Assembly: GCA_030595925.1 (NCBI GenBank)
Contig: JAUVLC010000002.1
Location: 1-56,155 of the forward strand
Direction of reading: 5' to 3'
Length of the DNA: 56,155 nucleotides
Source of the DNA: Clostridia bacterium
Lineage (GTDB): Bacteria > CBDUZB01 > JAGLHV01
Of the stretch, positions 20,100 to 29,435 are shown piece after piece (the first letter of the stretch is position 1; every line of letters begins with the position of its first letter). A program made the position numbers and the translations under genes. Under the pieces are notes generated by a model. It did no database searches. It was not told the DNA's origin and saw only the letters and a list, made by a program, of their open reading frames with translations.

Positions 20100-20270
20100 A
20101 AGCCTTTAATATATCCCTGCGGTGTTAGTGTTGTGTTGATCATTTTGGGCCTACAAGCCTAAATCAGGGAATTCTTCGGTTTTCTGTAATCTTGGTTACA
20201 GAAACGGAATACCCACCTGGTATCTGGTGCTTCAAAAGGACTGCACACACGGCATACGCGGGGGTTTTTT
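20100..20270 (+). ncRNA. ssrS: candidate 6S RNA
   Basis: GC-enriched island of about 170 nt with no ORF, immediately downstream of zapA. The ends pair (CCCUGCGGUG.. with ..CAUACGCGGGG). A perfect apical hairpin TTCTGTAA-TCTTGG-TTACAGAA is extended by GGGAAUUC/GGAAUACCC. The element ends in GGGGG-TTTTTT. A 5-formyl-THF cyclo-ligase gene follows two genes later, as in the classic zapA-ssrS-ygfA synteny. Confidence 0.6.
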
Positions 20271-20365
20271 ATTTAATGGTAAATAATTCTAATTTGGATA
20301 AAAAAATATAAATCAGGGGGTGTAATTTAAAATATCTTTGGATTAAAGGTGGATTGAGGAAAAAA

Positions 20366-21670
20366 ATGGATTTGTTTAATCAACAACTAAACCGGGAAGA
20401 TATGCCTCTGGCTTTACGTATGTGTCCTGAAAAGTTAGGAGAGTTTGTTGGTCAGGAGCATATATTAGGGAAAAATAAACTTTTGCGTAGGCTTATTGAG
20501 GCGGATAAGATTATTTCCCTGATTCTTTATGGCCCTTCCGGTTGTGGAAAATCGGCATTAGTTAATGTCATTGCTAAAACGACAAGAAGTAGTTTTATTT
20601 CTTTAAATGCAGTAACTTGCGGGGTTGTCGATTTGCGAAAAGAGATAAAATGTGCTGAGCAAAGAAGGATACAAAATAATAAAAAAACCATATTGTTAAT
20701 TGAAGAAATTCATCATTTTAATAAAACTCAACAGGATGTGCTCCTTCCTAATGTGGAAAAAGGAATAATTACCCTGGTAGGTATTACTACACATAATCCT
20801 TATTTTTATTTGAATTCCGCTTTGATTTCGCGGTCGGTAGTATTTGAGTTTAAGGCTTTAAGTGAGAAAGAAATAGAAACTATTTTAAAGAAAGCAATAA
20901 TTGATTCTAATCGGGGTTTGGGTAAGTACAGGATAAATATGGAAGAAAAAGCTCTCAACCATTTAATTAAAATTGTAGGAGGTGATGCAAGGAAAGCATT
21001 AAATGCCTTGGAATTAGGGGTAATTACTACATTCCCTGATGAAAAAAATATGATTAATTTTACTATTTCAGTAAGTGAAGAATCCATCCAGAAAAAAGTT
21101 CTTCTTTATGATAAAAAAGAAAATGAACATTTTAATACAATTTCAGCTTTTATTAAAAGTATGAGGGGCTCTGATCCTGATGCTACTTTGTATTGGTTAG
21201 CAAAAATGATTTATGCCGGGGAAGATCCCCTGTTTATTGCCCGCCGGATTGCTATTTGTGCTTCGGAAGACGTAGGGAATGCAGATCCTCAGGCGATATG
21301 TGTAGCAGCAGCAGCCTTAAAAATTAGTGAGTTTGTGGGTATGCCCGAGGCAAAAATTCCTCTTTCTCAGGCAGCTGTTTATGTTGCTTGTGCCCCCAAA
21401 AGTAATGCATCTTTTTTAGGGATTGAGAGAGCTTTAAAAGATATAGAAGAAGAAATAATTCAGAAAGTTCCTTTCCACTTAAAAGATAGCCATAGTAAAA
21501 AAAATGAACAGGTAAAGAATTATAAATATCCCCATGAGTTTGCCGGGCACTATGTAAAGCAGGAATATTTACCGGGAGGAAGAAGTTATTATAAACCAAC
21601 GGAAGAGGGATATGAATCAGGAATAAAAAAAAGGTTAATTAATTTGATGGGAAAAAATGAAAACAGATAA
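20366..21670 (+). CDS. rarA: replication-associated recombination protein A (AAA+ ATPase RarA/MgsA)
   Basis: Walker A GPSGCGKS, Walker B LLIEEIHHFNK and C-terminal MgsA motifs (HFNTISAFIKSMRGSDPDATLYWLAKM). GAGG SD precedes the ATG at 20366. Confidence 0.93.
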   Translation: MDLFNQQLNREDMPLALRMCPEKLGEFVGQEHILGKNKLLRRLIEADKIISLILYGPSGCGKSALVNVIAKTTRSSFISLNAVTCGVVDLRKEIKCAEQRRIQNNKKTILLIEEIHHFNKTQQDVLLPNVEKGIITLVGITTHNPYFYLNSALISRSVVFEFKALSEKEIETILKKAIIDSNRGLGKYRINMEEKALNHLIKIVGGDARKALNALELGVITTFPDEKNMINFTISVSEESIQKKVLLYDKKENEHFNTISAFIKSMRGSDPDATLYWLAKMIYAGEDPLFIARRIAICASEDVGNADPQAICVAAAALKISEFVGMPEAKIPLSQAAVYVACAPKSNASFLGIERALKDIEEEIIQKVPFHLKDSHSKKNEQVKNYKYPHEFAGHYVKQEYLPGGRSYYKPTEEGYESGIKKRLINLMGKNENR

Positions 21671-22256
21671 AAATAGTTTGAGGGATAAATTCAGGAAATT
21701 AAGAGATAGTCTTTTGGTAAAGGACAAAGAAAAAAAAAGCAAGAGAATAGCTCAAAGGGTATTTTCCTTGCAGGAATTTAGGAAAGCACGCGTTATTATG
21801 TTTTATTTTAATTTTGAGGGAGAAGTAAGAACGGAAGAAATGATAGATGCTGCCTTGAATATGGGGAAAAGGGTAGTATTACCTGTGGTAATAGACAGGC
21901 AGGGAAAAATGGAAGTATTTGAAGTAAAGAAAGATTATAAAAAACAATTAACGAAAGGAGCATTTGGAATTATGGGAATAAAAAAATCTTTAATGGAAAA
22001 ATTTAACAAAAAGAATATTGAGATGGTAATTGTCCCGGGAATAGTTTTTGATAAGGAGGGACAAAGAATAGGGTTTGGTTATGGATATTACGATCGATTT
22101 TTAAAGAAATTAAAAAAAGAAGTTTTCCGGGTAGGATTGGCCTATGAATTACAGGTAATAAACAAAATTCCCTTCAAAAAAAAGCACGATGTAAATATGA
22201 ATTTAATAATTACCGAAAAAAAGATTATTAAAGTTAAAGAGGCGGCAGCGGCATAA
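21657..22256 (+). CDS. 5-formyltetrahydrofolate cyclo-ligase
   Basis: Motifs MIVPGIVFDKEGQRIGFGYGYYDRFL and an N-terminal LR..R motif. Overlaps the rarA stop. Confidence 0.85.
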   Translation: MKTDKNSLRDKFRKLRDSLLVKDKEKKSKRIAQRVFSLQEFRKARVIMFYFNFEGEVRTEEMIDAALNMGKRVVLPVVIDRQGKMEVFEVKKDYKKQLTKGAFGIMGIKKSLMEKFNKKNIEMVIVPGIVFDKEGQRIGFGYGYYDRFLKKLKKEVFRVGLAYELQVINKIPFKKKHDVNMNLIITEKKIIKVKEAAAA

Positions 22257-22320
22257 AAAGTAATTGAAAAAAGATAAGGAATAAATAATAAATTGAAAAA
22301 AAGACAGAAAGGGGCAAGTT

Positions 22321-23880
22321 ATGAATAATTTTAGTTTATGGATGATAGGTAGCCTTTTTTCGGGTATACTTTTAGGTTATTTAGGAAGAATGACCTATAT
22401 AAAGTTTAAGATAAATATTTCGGAAAAAGAATCTAAGAAAATTTTAGAAGAGGCTATTAGAGAAGCGGAAACGAAGAAGAAAGAAGGTTTTTTGGAAATA
22501 AAAGAAGAAAGGCACCGGCTTAGAATAGAATTTGATAAAGAGACTCGTAGCCGCCGAGTAGAACTGAATAATGCGGAAAAAAGATTAATTCAGAAAGAAC
22601 AAAATATGGATAAGAAAATGGATATTTTAGACAGAAAAGAAAGAGAAACCCAGGTAAAGGATAAATCTTTGTCTAATTTGGATAAGCAACTTAGGGAAAA
22701 AGAACAAAAAATAAGTAGACAGGATGAAGAACAGAAGAAAGTTTTAGAAAGAGTAGCCGGGATGAGTCGTGAAGAAGCAAAAAGGATTCTTCTTCAAAAT
22801 ATAGAAAAAACTCTAACCCATGAATCAGCAGCATTAGTAAAAAAAATGGAAGAGGAAACACGGGAAATAGCCAGTAAAAAAGCGAAGGAAATTATTAGCT
22901 TATCTATTCAAAGATGTGCTGCGGATCATACTGCGGATATTACGGTATCAACCGTTTCTTTATCCAGTGATGAAATGAAAGGGAGAATTATTGGTAGAGA
23001 AGGACGAAATATCCGGGCTTTTGAAACTATTACCGGGGTTGATTTAATAGTTGATGATACTCCCGAAGCTATTACTTTATCTGCGTTTGACGGGGTAAGG
23101 AGAGAAATAGCCAGGGTATCTTTAGAAAGATTAATTAGTGATGGAAGGATTCATCCGACCCGTATTGAAGAAGTTGTGGGAAAAGTAAGCAATGAGATGG
23201 AGGTTTTCTTAAAAGAAGTAGGAGAGCAAACTGTTTTTGAATTAGGAATAGTAGGCCTTCATCCGGAATTAATAAGGTTAATAGGCAGGTTAAAATATCG
23301 AACGAGTTATGGTCAGAATGTTTTACAGCATTCCAAAGAAGTAGCTCTTCTTATGTCGGTTTTAGCTGCGGAGATAGGGGTGGATATTGCTTTTAGTAAA
23401 CGGGCAGGACTTTTGCATGATATTGGAAAAGCGATAGACCATGAAGTAGAAGGTTCCCATCCTCAAATAGGTGCGGATTTAGCCAGGAGATTTAATGAAG
23501 GGGATAAAATGTGTAATGCTATTTTGTCTCATCATGAAGGGGGGGAAGAGCCACGGAGTGTGGAAGCCGTATTACTTCAGGCAGCGGATGCAATTTCCGC
23601 ATCCCGTCCGGGAGTAAGGAGAGAAAGTTTAGAACGTTATTTGAAGAGATTGGAAAAATTGGAAGGGATAGCTAATGAATTTCAGGGAGTGGAAAAGAGT
23701 TATGCAATTCAAGCCGGAAGAGAATTAAGAATTATAGTTGAACCGGAAGATATAGATGATAATTGTGCAGCGCAATTAGCCAGAGATGTTGCTAAGAAAA
23801 TAGAACAGGAATTAGAATATCCCGGACAAATAAAAGTTACCGTTATCAGGGAAATAAGAGCAGTGGAGTTAGCAAAATAG
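22321..23880 (+). CDS. rny: ribonuclease Y
   Basis: N-terminal TM, coiled coil, KH domain (GRIIGREGRNIRAFE) and HD domain (LLHDIGKA). Confidence 0.97.
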   Translation: MNNFSLWMIGSLFSGILLGYLGRMTYIKFKINISEKESKKILEEAIREAETKKKEGFLEIKEERHRLRIEFDKETRSRRVELNNAEKRLIQKEQNMDKKMDILDRKERETQVKDKSLSNLDKQLREKEQKISRQDEEQKKVLERVAGMSREEAKRILLQNIEKTLTHESAALVKKMEEETREIASKKAKEIISLSIQRCAADHTADITVSTVSLSSDEMKGRIIGREGRNIRAFETITGVDLIVDDTPEAITLSAFDGVRREIARVSLERLISDGRIHPTRIEEVVGKVSNEMEVFLKEVGEQTVFELGIVGLHPELIRLIGRLKYRTSYGQNVLQHSKEVALLMSVLAAEIGVDIAFSKRAGLLHDIGKAIDHEVEGSHPQIGADLARRFNEGDKMCNAILSHHEGGEEPRSVEAVLLQAADAISASRPGVRRESLERYLKRLEKLEGIANEFQGVEKSYAIQAGRELRIIVEPEDIDDNCAAQLARDVAKKIEQELEYPGQIKVTVIREIRAVELAK

Positions 23881-23992
23881 TATTCAAATCAGGTCTTATT
23901 TTTTTTAAGATAGAATGAAAATACAATTCAGGGTATATGCTTGTTGTTTATTTTTCCGGAGTTTATTATTGAAGATTTAGAAAGGTAAATAG

Positions 23993-24784
23993 ATGAAACT
24001 ACTGTTTGTTGCTGATATTGTGGGAGAGACGGGCAGAAAAATATTAAAAGAGTTATTACCTGAAATAAAAAAAGAGGAACAAATAGATTTTACTATTGTT
24101 AACGGGGAAAACTCAGCCGGTGGGTTTGGTATTACTCCCAGAGTGGCTGAGGAAATATTTTTTTTAGGGGTAGATGTTATTACTTTAGGAAATCATACCT
24201 GGGATCGCAAAGAAGTTTTTGAAATTATAGGCAATCCCCGGATTCTTCGTCCGGCAAATTATCCGCCAAATGTTCCCGGTAAAGGGTTTAATGTTTATGT
24301 TCCCAGCTTTAAGGGAGTAAAAATTGGAGTAATAAATCTTATGGGGCGGGTTTTTATGGCTAGTTTGGATTGCCCGTTTCGGAAGAGTGATTCAATTATA
24401 GAAGAAATAAAAGCACAAACCCCTGTTATTTTTGTGGATTTTCATGCGGAAGCAACTTCGGAAAAATTGTGTTTTGGGCATTATCTTGACGGCAAGGTGA
24501 GTGCTGTTGTTGGTACTCATACTCATGTTCCTACTGCTGATGAAAGGATTTTTCCCGGGGGGACGGCATATATCACTGATGTTGGTATGACCGGACCCGG
24601 AGATTCTATAATTGGGGTAAAAAAAGAAATAATTTTAAAAAGATATTTAACCGGTTTGCCTGTGCGTTTTGAAGTAGCCCGGGAAGGGCCTATTTTTGAG
24701 GGAGTAATTATCGAAGTAGATGAAGGAACGGGTAAGGCTTTGAGCATAAAGAGAATTTCTAAAAAAGGAAAAAGTAGTTTTTGA
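23993..24784 (+). CDS. ymdB: YmdB-type metallophosphoesterase (TIGR00282; 2',3'-cyclic-nucleotide 2'-phosphodiesterase)
   Basis: Motifs LFVADIVG, VNGENSAGGFGIT, LGNHTWD and DFHAEATSEK; follows rny as in Bacillus. Confidence 0.9.
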   Translation: MKLLFVADIVGETGRKILKELLPEIKKEEQIDFTIVNGENSAGGFGITPRVAEEIFFLGVDVITLGNHTWDRKEVFEIIGNPRILRPANYPPNVPGKGFNVYVPSFKGVKIGVINLMGRVFMASLDCPFRKSDSIIEEIKAQTPVIFVDFHAEATSEKLCFGHYLDGKVSAVVGTHTHVPTADERIFPGGTAYITDVGMTGPGDSIIGVKKEIILKRYLTGLPVRFEVAREGPIFEGVIIEVDEGTGKALSIKRISKKGKSSF

Positions 24785-24846
24785 GTTAGAGAAGAAAAAA
24801 ATTATTTTTATTAGTGTAAAATAGATAAAGTAGGAGGTAAAAGATT

Positions 24847-25347
24847 ATGGAAGATTTTACTGAGAAAATGGAAAATGAACGGAATAAATGGCAGGTACTT
24901 ACAGAGAAAATACCCGGGTATGGGGGATATAAAGATAGGGAAAGAAGAAGGGATGCCGATAAATTAATTCGGGATTTTCTGGTAAAAGAGCTTAATCAAA
25001 GTAAAGAAAAAATTGCCCAAATTGCTTCAGAGAAGGTAGAAAAAAAACAGTTATCCGGAATTGACAGGATTGATCGATTGACTAAAAAAATGGAAAAAAT
25101 AGCAGATAAAATTCGCTTTGCTGATTATGGATATAGTGGTTTTTTTGATCAGATTAAAATTGATGCTAAAAAATTAGATGATATTTATGATTTTGATCAT
25201 TCGTTAATAGAAAAAGTTGAAGAATTGAAAAAAATGATTGAAACAGTAAAAAAAGAGGCAACAGAAGAAAAAATTTCTTTACTTTCGGAAAAAATTGAAA
25301 AGTTAGATGATATTTTTTCTGAAAGAGAAAAAGGAATAATTATTTAA
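24847..25347 (+). CDS. hypothetical charged, probably all-helical protein (first gene of the SPFH/zinc-ribbon module)
   Basis: AGGAGG SD. 166 aa, rich in K/E/D. I recognise no catalytic motif. Confidence 0.6.
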   Translation: MEDFTEKMENERNKWQVLTEKIPGYGGYKDRERRRDADKLIRDFLVKELNQSKEKIAQIASEKVEKKQLSGIDRIDRLTKKMEKIADKIRFADYGYSGFFDQIKIDAKKLDDIYDFDHSLIEKVEELKKMIETVKKEATEEKISLLSEKIEKLDDIFSEREKGIII

Positions 25348-25380
25348 AATAGCATAAAAAAAAAGAAGGAGGAAATTAAA

Positions 25381-26430
25381 ATGGGAATTTTAATTGAAGT
25401 TTTGGAATTTTTGGATGAAACGGGAAAAGAAATGGTGCATCGTATTCCGGAGGGTGGTTCCGGGGATATTAAAATGGGTGCACAGCTTATTGTCCGGGAA
25501 AATCAAAAAGCAGTGTTTTTTCGTGACGGAAAAGCCCTGGATACTTTTGGGTCAGGCAGGCATGTTTTAACAACCGAAAATATTCCCATTATTACCCGGG
25601 TTTTAAGTTTACCTTATGGTTTTAAGAGTCCTTTTCGGGCAGAAGTATATTTTGTTAATGAAAAAGTTTTTATTAATATGAAATGGGGGACAAAGGAACC
25701 GGTTGTTTTTCATGATTCGGAATTAAAAATGGTTAGGTTACGCGGTTTTGGAATGTTTTCCACTAGAATTACCGATGCTCAACTTTTTGTAAATAAGATT
25801 GTAGGAACCCAGGGTAGTTATAATTCAGAACTATTGGAGGATTTTTTTAGGGAAATAATTATAGGCAGATTAAATGACCTTTTAGGTGAAAATTTAAAAA
25901 CAATATTTGATCTTCCTCAATATTATGATGAATTAGCCATGGGAATGAAAACAAGGCTGAGGGATGATTTTGCTAAATACGGAGTGGAGTTGGTTGATTT
26001 TATTATTGGGTCTATTACTGTACCTAAAAAGGTCCAGGAGGTTATTGATGAAAGAAGTGGCCTGGAAGCAGTAGGGGGGTTGCAGGGATATATGCAATTT
26101 AAAGCAGCCCGGGCAATAGAAGAAGCAGCTAAAGGACGAACAGAAGGAGGAGGAAGAGCTGCCGGTTCAGGAATGGGTATGGGTTTAGGAGCAGGAATGG
26201 GAATGATGTTACCCGGTATGATTATGCAATCAATGCAGGGAAAGCAGACTGTCCCCGGTGGAGCAACAATAAAATGTCCCAAGTGTCAGGTGACTATGGC
26301 TGCCGGAGCAAAGTTTTGTTCTAATTGCGGAGAAAAATTAGTTCATGAAGAAACAAAAACCTGTCCGCAATGCAAAAATACTATTCCCTCAGAGGTTAAA
26401 TTTTGTCCTGAGTGTGGTAAGAAAGTATAA
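25381..26430 (+). CDS. SPFH/Band-7 family protein (PF13421 / COG4260 'virion core protein-like', YdjI-like) with a Gly/Met-rich linker and a C-terminal double zinc ribbon
   Basis: N-terminal region [45 protein letters not shown]..., low-complexity [13 protein letters not shown], then CPKC..CSNC and CPQC..CPEC. Confidence 0.75.
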   Translation: MGILIEVLEFLDETGKEMVHRIPEGGSGDIKMGAQLIVRENQKAVFFRDGKALDTFGSGRHVLTTENIPIITRVLSLPYGFKSPFRAEVYFVNEKVFINMKWGTKEPVVFHDSELKMVRLRGFGMFSTRITDAQLFVNKIVGTQGSYNSELLEDFFREIIIGRLNDLLGENLKTIFDLPQYYDELAMGMKTRLRDDFAKYGVELVDFIIGSITVPKKVQEVIDERSGLEAVGGLQGYMQFKAARAIEEAAKGRTEGGGRAAGSGMGMGLGAGMGMMLPGMIMQSMQGKQTVPGGATIKCPKCQVTMAAGAKFCSNCGEKLVHEETKTCPQCKNTIPSEVKFCPECGKKV

Positions 26431-26514
26431 TAAAATTTGGTTTTAATGTAGACATGAGATTTTTCTCCGGAAGAAACCGGGTTGTGATTTGCGGGGATAA
26501 AGAAGAGGAATTTT

Positions 26515-27273
26515 ATGCAGGTTAAATGTAATCAATGCGGAGCTGAACTAAAAATAAAACCCAATGAAATATTTTTTAGTTGTACTTATTGCGGTTCTTC
26601 TTTATATTTAGATGCCTCTCAAATAAGTTTTCATTATTATTTAGCTCCTAAAACAATCGATGGTGATTTAAAATTAATCCTTTCTGCTTTCCTGCAGCGA
26701 AAAAGCTTGAAACAAAAAATTAGAATAGAAAAAAAAGAAATTTTTTATTTCCCTTTTTGGTTATTAAAAGGGGGAGAAAAAGGAATAAAACTTAAACTTG
26801 CTGCTTCTACGGCAATTGATGAAATTGAAAAAGTTGTTATTCCCCCTGCAGGGAAATTAAATTTTTTTGATCCTGAAAATGAAGATATAAAAGGTAAAAA
26901 AATAGTAGCACCCGGTATTGCTTATGAAGCGGTTAAAAAAAATATGGAAGATGAAATTAAAAAAGGTGATTTTTCCCAAATTATGCTTTTGCATCTTCCG
27001 TTTTTTTTATGCCAGTATAGATATGCAGGAGAAAAAGGGGTATTTACGGTTTTAATTGATGCTGTCGGAGGGAAGATTTTTGCTAATTCTTTTCCCCATG
27101 TTTCTCTGGAAAAAATAGACTCTGAATTTTTTTGGGCAATAGGGATAACCTGTATTATTTTTTTTATGGAAGGATTAATGTTTAAAAATTTATTGGTTAA
27201 ACTATTTGTATATTTTATTTCTGCTTTTCCTTTATATTTATTATTACAGTATCTTCTCAGAAAGAAGTGGTAA
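26515..27273 (+). CDS. zinc-ribbon membrane protein, paralog 1 (CxxC-x13-CxxC N-terminus, two C-terminal TM helices)
   Basis: Motifs CNQCGAELKIKPNEIFFSCTYCGS and the shared FYFPFWLL motif, with two hydrophobic C-terminal helices. Confidence 0.65.
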   Translation: MQVKCNQCGAELKIKPNEIFFSCTYCGSSLYLDASQISFHYYLAPKTIDGDLKLILSAFLQRKSLKQKIRIEKKEIFYFPFWLLKGGEKGIKLKLAASTAIDEIEKVVIPPAGKLNFFDPENEDIKGKKIVAPGIAYEAVKKNMEDEIKKGDFSQIMLLHLPFFLCQYRYAGEKGVFTVLIDAVGGKIFANSFPHVSLEKIDSEFFWAIGITCIIFFMEGLMFKNLLVKLFVYFISAFPLYLLLQYLLRKKW

Positions 27274-27275
27274 CA

Positions 27276-28400
27276 ATGAAAGAAACGGTAGTAATTACTT
27301 TAAATTGTCCCCAGTGTGGTTCTTCTTTGAAAATAAAAGAAGGACAGCAGAATATAAGGTGCGGTGCCTGTTCCTCCTATTTATTGATTAAAGGTGGTGA
27401 AGGAGTAAATAAATTATATATTTCTTCGCTGGTAAATAAATCTAAAGCAGTGTTGAGAGTAAAAAAATGGTTTGACAGGGATGATACGGCTAATGATATT
27501 GGGTTAAGTAAGGTAAAAAGTGTTAAGTTAGTATATATTCCGCTTTGGAAATTGTCTTTTAAGGCAATCGGCTGGCGTTTTATGAAAAGAGAACATAAGC
27601 GTCGTAGTTATAGCGGTAACAGTTATTATGCGTTGGATAATTATGGATTTAATGAAGGACAGAAAAGTATCTCAAAGCGGGAAGCAAAACCTATTTTGCG
27701 TTTCGGAGAATGGATAGTTCCTGCTTGTGGAATAACTGATTTTGGAAGTGAATATGTTAAAATATCTCAAAATAGTTTAAAAAGGGGATTAAAAGTCTTA
27801 GAAGAGGATAAACTACAAGCGGAAGCAATGGTTTTTGATGTGACTATTCCTGCGGAATCTATTTTGGAGAAAAAAGAAAAATCACTGTTGGGCAATCTTC
27901 CTTTAAAGAGATCCACCTCAAATTTTTTCCAAATGGTTAAAAAAATTTCTACCAAAAAAATGTTGATTTATTATCCTTTATGGATAATAAGGTATGATTA
28001 TAAAGGACTGAGATATTTAGTTTCGGTGGATGGAGTGGAGGAAAAAATTGTTTACGCCCATTTTCCGGGAAATCCTCACTATCGGGTAGTTAATTTTTTG
28101 ATTGTAATTGCAGCAATTAATTTTGTATTAACCAGTATTATTCAGCGTCCCGGGGATTTAGTGAATGCTTTAATAAAAATGGAAGAGGTTTTTCTTTTGG
28201 CTTTGTTTTTATTGGGTTCTCTTTTATTTGGGTATTTTAAAGCGGGGATTAAGTCTTTTCGTTTTTCGGATGAAGTAATAGTGAAAAATGGTTTACGTGT
28301 AGATAAGGGATATGCTCCTACCCGGGATGTTTGGGACAATGTCGGATTTTTGGCTATGGAGCGATTGAAAGGGAGTTTGTCTGGTAGAAGATTTAGGTGA
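27276..28400 (+). CDS. zinc-ribbon membrane protein, paralog 2 (duplicated internal domain, two C-terminal TM helices)
   Basis: Motif CPQCGSSLKIKEGQQNIRCGACSS; the shared motif occurs twice (VYIPLWKL, IYYPLWII). ATG 27276 lies 2 nt after the upstream stop; an alternative GTG at 27267 overlaps it. Confidence 0.65.
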   Translation: MKETVVITLNCPQCGSSLKIKEGQQNIRCGACSSYLLIKGGEGVNKLYISSLVNKSKAVLRVKKWFDRDDTANDIGLSKVKSVKLVYIPLWKLSFKAIGWRFMKREHKRRSYSGNSYYALDNYGFNEGQKSISKREAKPILRFGEWIVPACGITDFGSEYVKISQNSLKRGLKVLEEDKLQAEAMVFDVTIPAESILEKKEKSLLGNLPLKRSTSNFFQMVKKISTKKMLIYYPLWIIRYDYKGLRYLVSVDGVEEKIVYAHFPGNPHYRVVNFLIVIAAINFVLTSIIQRPGDLVNALIKMEEVFLLALFLLGSLLFGYFKAGIKSFRFSDEVIVKNGLRVDKGYAPTRDVWDNVGFLAMERLKGSLSGRRFR

Positions 28401-28413
28401 AAAAGGAATCTTT

Positions 28414-29055
28414 ATGAAAAAACAAAATATTTGTATTATTCCTTTAAAATGTTCTCAGTGTGGTATGGAATTGCAAGCTGTGGAAGGGGAACAGGTTTAT
28501 TATTGTAATAATTGTAAGACTGCTTTATATTTAAAAGATGGTGAGCTTGAAGTTCTTCCTGTAGAGTTTGCACTTCCGTCGATTGAAAGAGAGAAAGAAG
28601 AATATGTTTTTTTTCCTTTTTGGTCTTTTTTGGTAGATATTGAATTTTTTGCCGGATTGAAACAGGAAAGATTTACTCAATTTTCTTTAGCCCGAAATAA
28701 ACAAGGGGTATGGCAATATCATGTAGCAGGATTATGGGGAACGGATGATTTTGGTTATATTAACAGGACATCCAATTTGTTTATGCGTTTTTGCCCTCAA
28801 TACAAGTTGAGTTCTAACTTCTATCCGATGCAAAAATGTTTTTTATCCAGAGAGGAGGCGGAAGATTTAGTCGAATTAATATTTTTATCTTTGGAAAACG
28901 AAACAATAGTTTCATTAAGTAAAATTAATTACAAGATTAAGATTCTTTCTTCTAAAATGGTAGGTATCCCTTTTTATCTTGACCGGGAAAAAGATGTATA
29001 CAGAGATGCATTAGGGGGAAAAACAATTGTACCGGTTTCTTTATTTAATAAGTAG
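28414..29055 (+). CDS. zinc-ribbon protein, paralog 3 (soluble, no TM)
   Basis: Motifs CSQCGMELQAVEGEQVYYCNNCKT and VFFPFWSF; 13 nt after the previous gene. Confidence 0.65.
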   Translation: MKKQNICIIPLKCSQCGMELQAVEGEQVYYCNNCKTALYLKDGELEVLPVEFALPSIEREKEEYVFFPFWSFLVDIEFFAGLKQERFTQFSLARNKQGVWQYHVAGLWGTDDFGYINRTSNLFMRFCPQYKLSSNFYPMQKCFLSREEAEDLVELIFLSLENETIVSLSKINYKIKILSSKMVGIPFYLDREKDVYRDALGGKTIVPVSLFNK

Positions 29056-29126
29056 TCGAATGGTCTCGGGTTTAATTTCCGGTAGCTTGTGTGTCATTCC
29101 CGTGAACAGAATGTGTCATAATCAAA

Positions 29127-29172
29127 GTAGTTGCCCAATGAACTTGTACCGAGTGTAATCGAAGTATTGGGC
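29127..29172 (+). repeat. REP-like element: GTAGTTGC head plus 7-bp stem GCCCAAT/ATTGGGC with a 26-nt loop
   Basis: Read directly from the sequence. It is followed by GGGCTGATGAAT(A)TTTTTC, which also occurs at 47175-47195. Confidence 0.4.
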
Positions 29173-29229
29173 TGATGAATATTTTTCCTGACGAGCGTCA
29201 TAAAGAGATTGTTGAAAAATACAAAGTTG

Positions 29230-29252
29230 GTAGTCGCAAACTTTAGTTTGCG
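29230..29252 (+). repeat. REP-like hairpin: GTAGTCGC head, stem CGCAAAC/GTTTGCG, loop TTTA
   Basis: Read directly from the sequence. Confidence 0.6.
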
Positions 29253-29294
29253 TGAAAATGTGGTAATATTTGGTAATAATCAGCAAAAAAATTC

Positions 29295-29316
29295 GCCGGC
29301 TGAAGCTGTCGGCTAC
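29295..29316 (-). repeat. REP-like hairpin in inverse orientation (GTAGCCGAC-AGCTTCA-GCCGGC on the minus strand)
   Basis: Read directly from the sequence; it is the partner of 29230-29252 inside the 131-bp element. Confidence 0.45.
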
Positions 29317-29404
29317 CGTTTTTCAACAATCTCTAAATGTCGCCACTATAATTGTTTTGAAAATTAGAGTTGTGACACAGTCTGGAAAATGGTAATATAT
29401 AGAA

Positions 29405-29435
29405 ATAGACTTCTGCTTTCGCAGGAGTGACATTG
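29405..29435 (-). repeat. 30-nt hairpin repeat, copy 1 (the reverse complement matches 55847-55876 at about 27/30)
   Basis: Sequence ATAGACTTCTGCTTTCGCAGGAGTGACATTG, with a 7-bp stem around TTTC. Confidence 0.55.

Larger units (their letters stand above)
29204..29334. repeat. 131-bp composite palindromic (MITE/BIME-like) element
   Basis: The outer inverted repeats AGAGATTGTTGAAAAA (29204-29219) and TTTTTCAACAATCTCT (29319-29334) match 16/16. They enclose two GTAG-headed hairpins in convergent orientation. Confidence 0.6.

Noticed and set aside
27206-27391. A 61-aa ORF spanning the junction of zinc-ribbon paralogs 1 and 2, and a 78-aa ORF at 38098-38334.
   Set aside because: Both are out-of-frame overlaps with better-supported genes, and neither has an SD.
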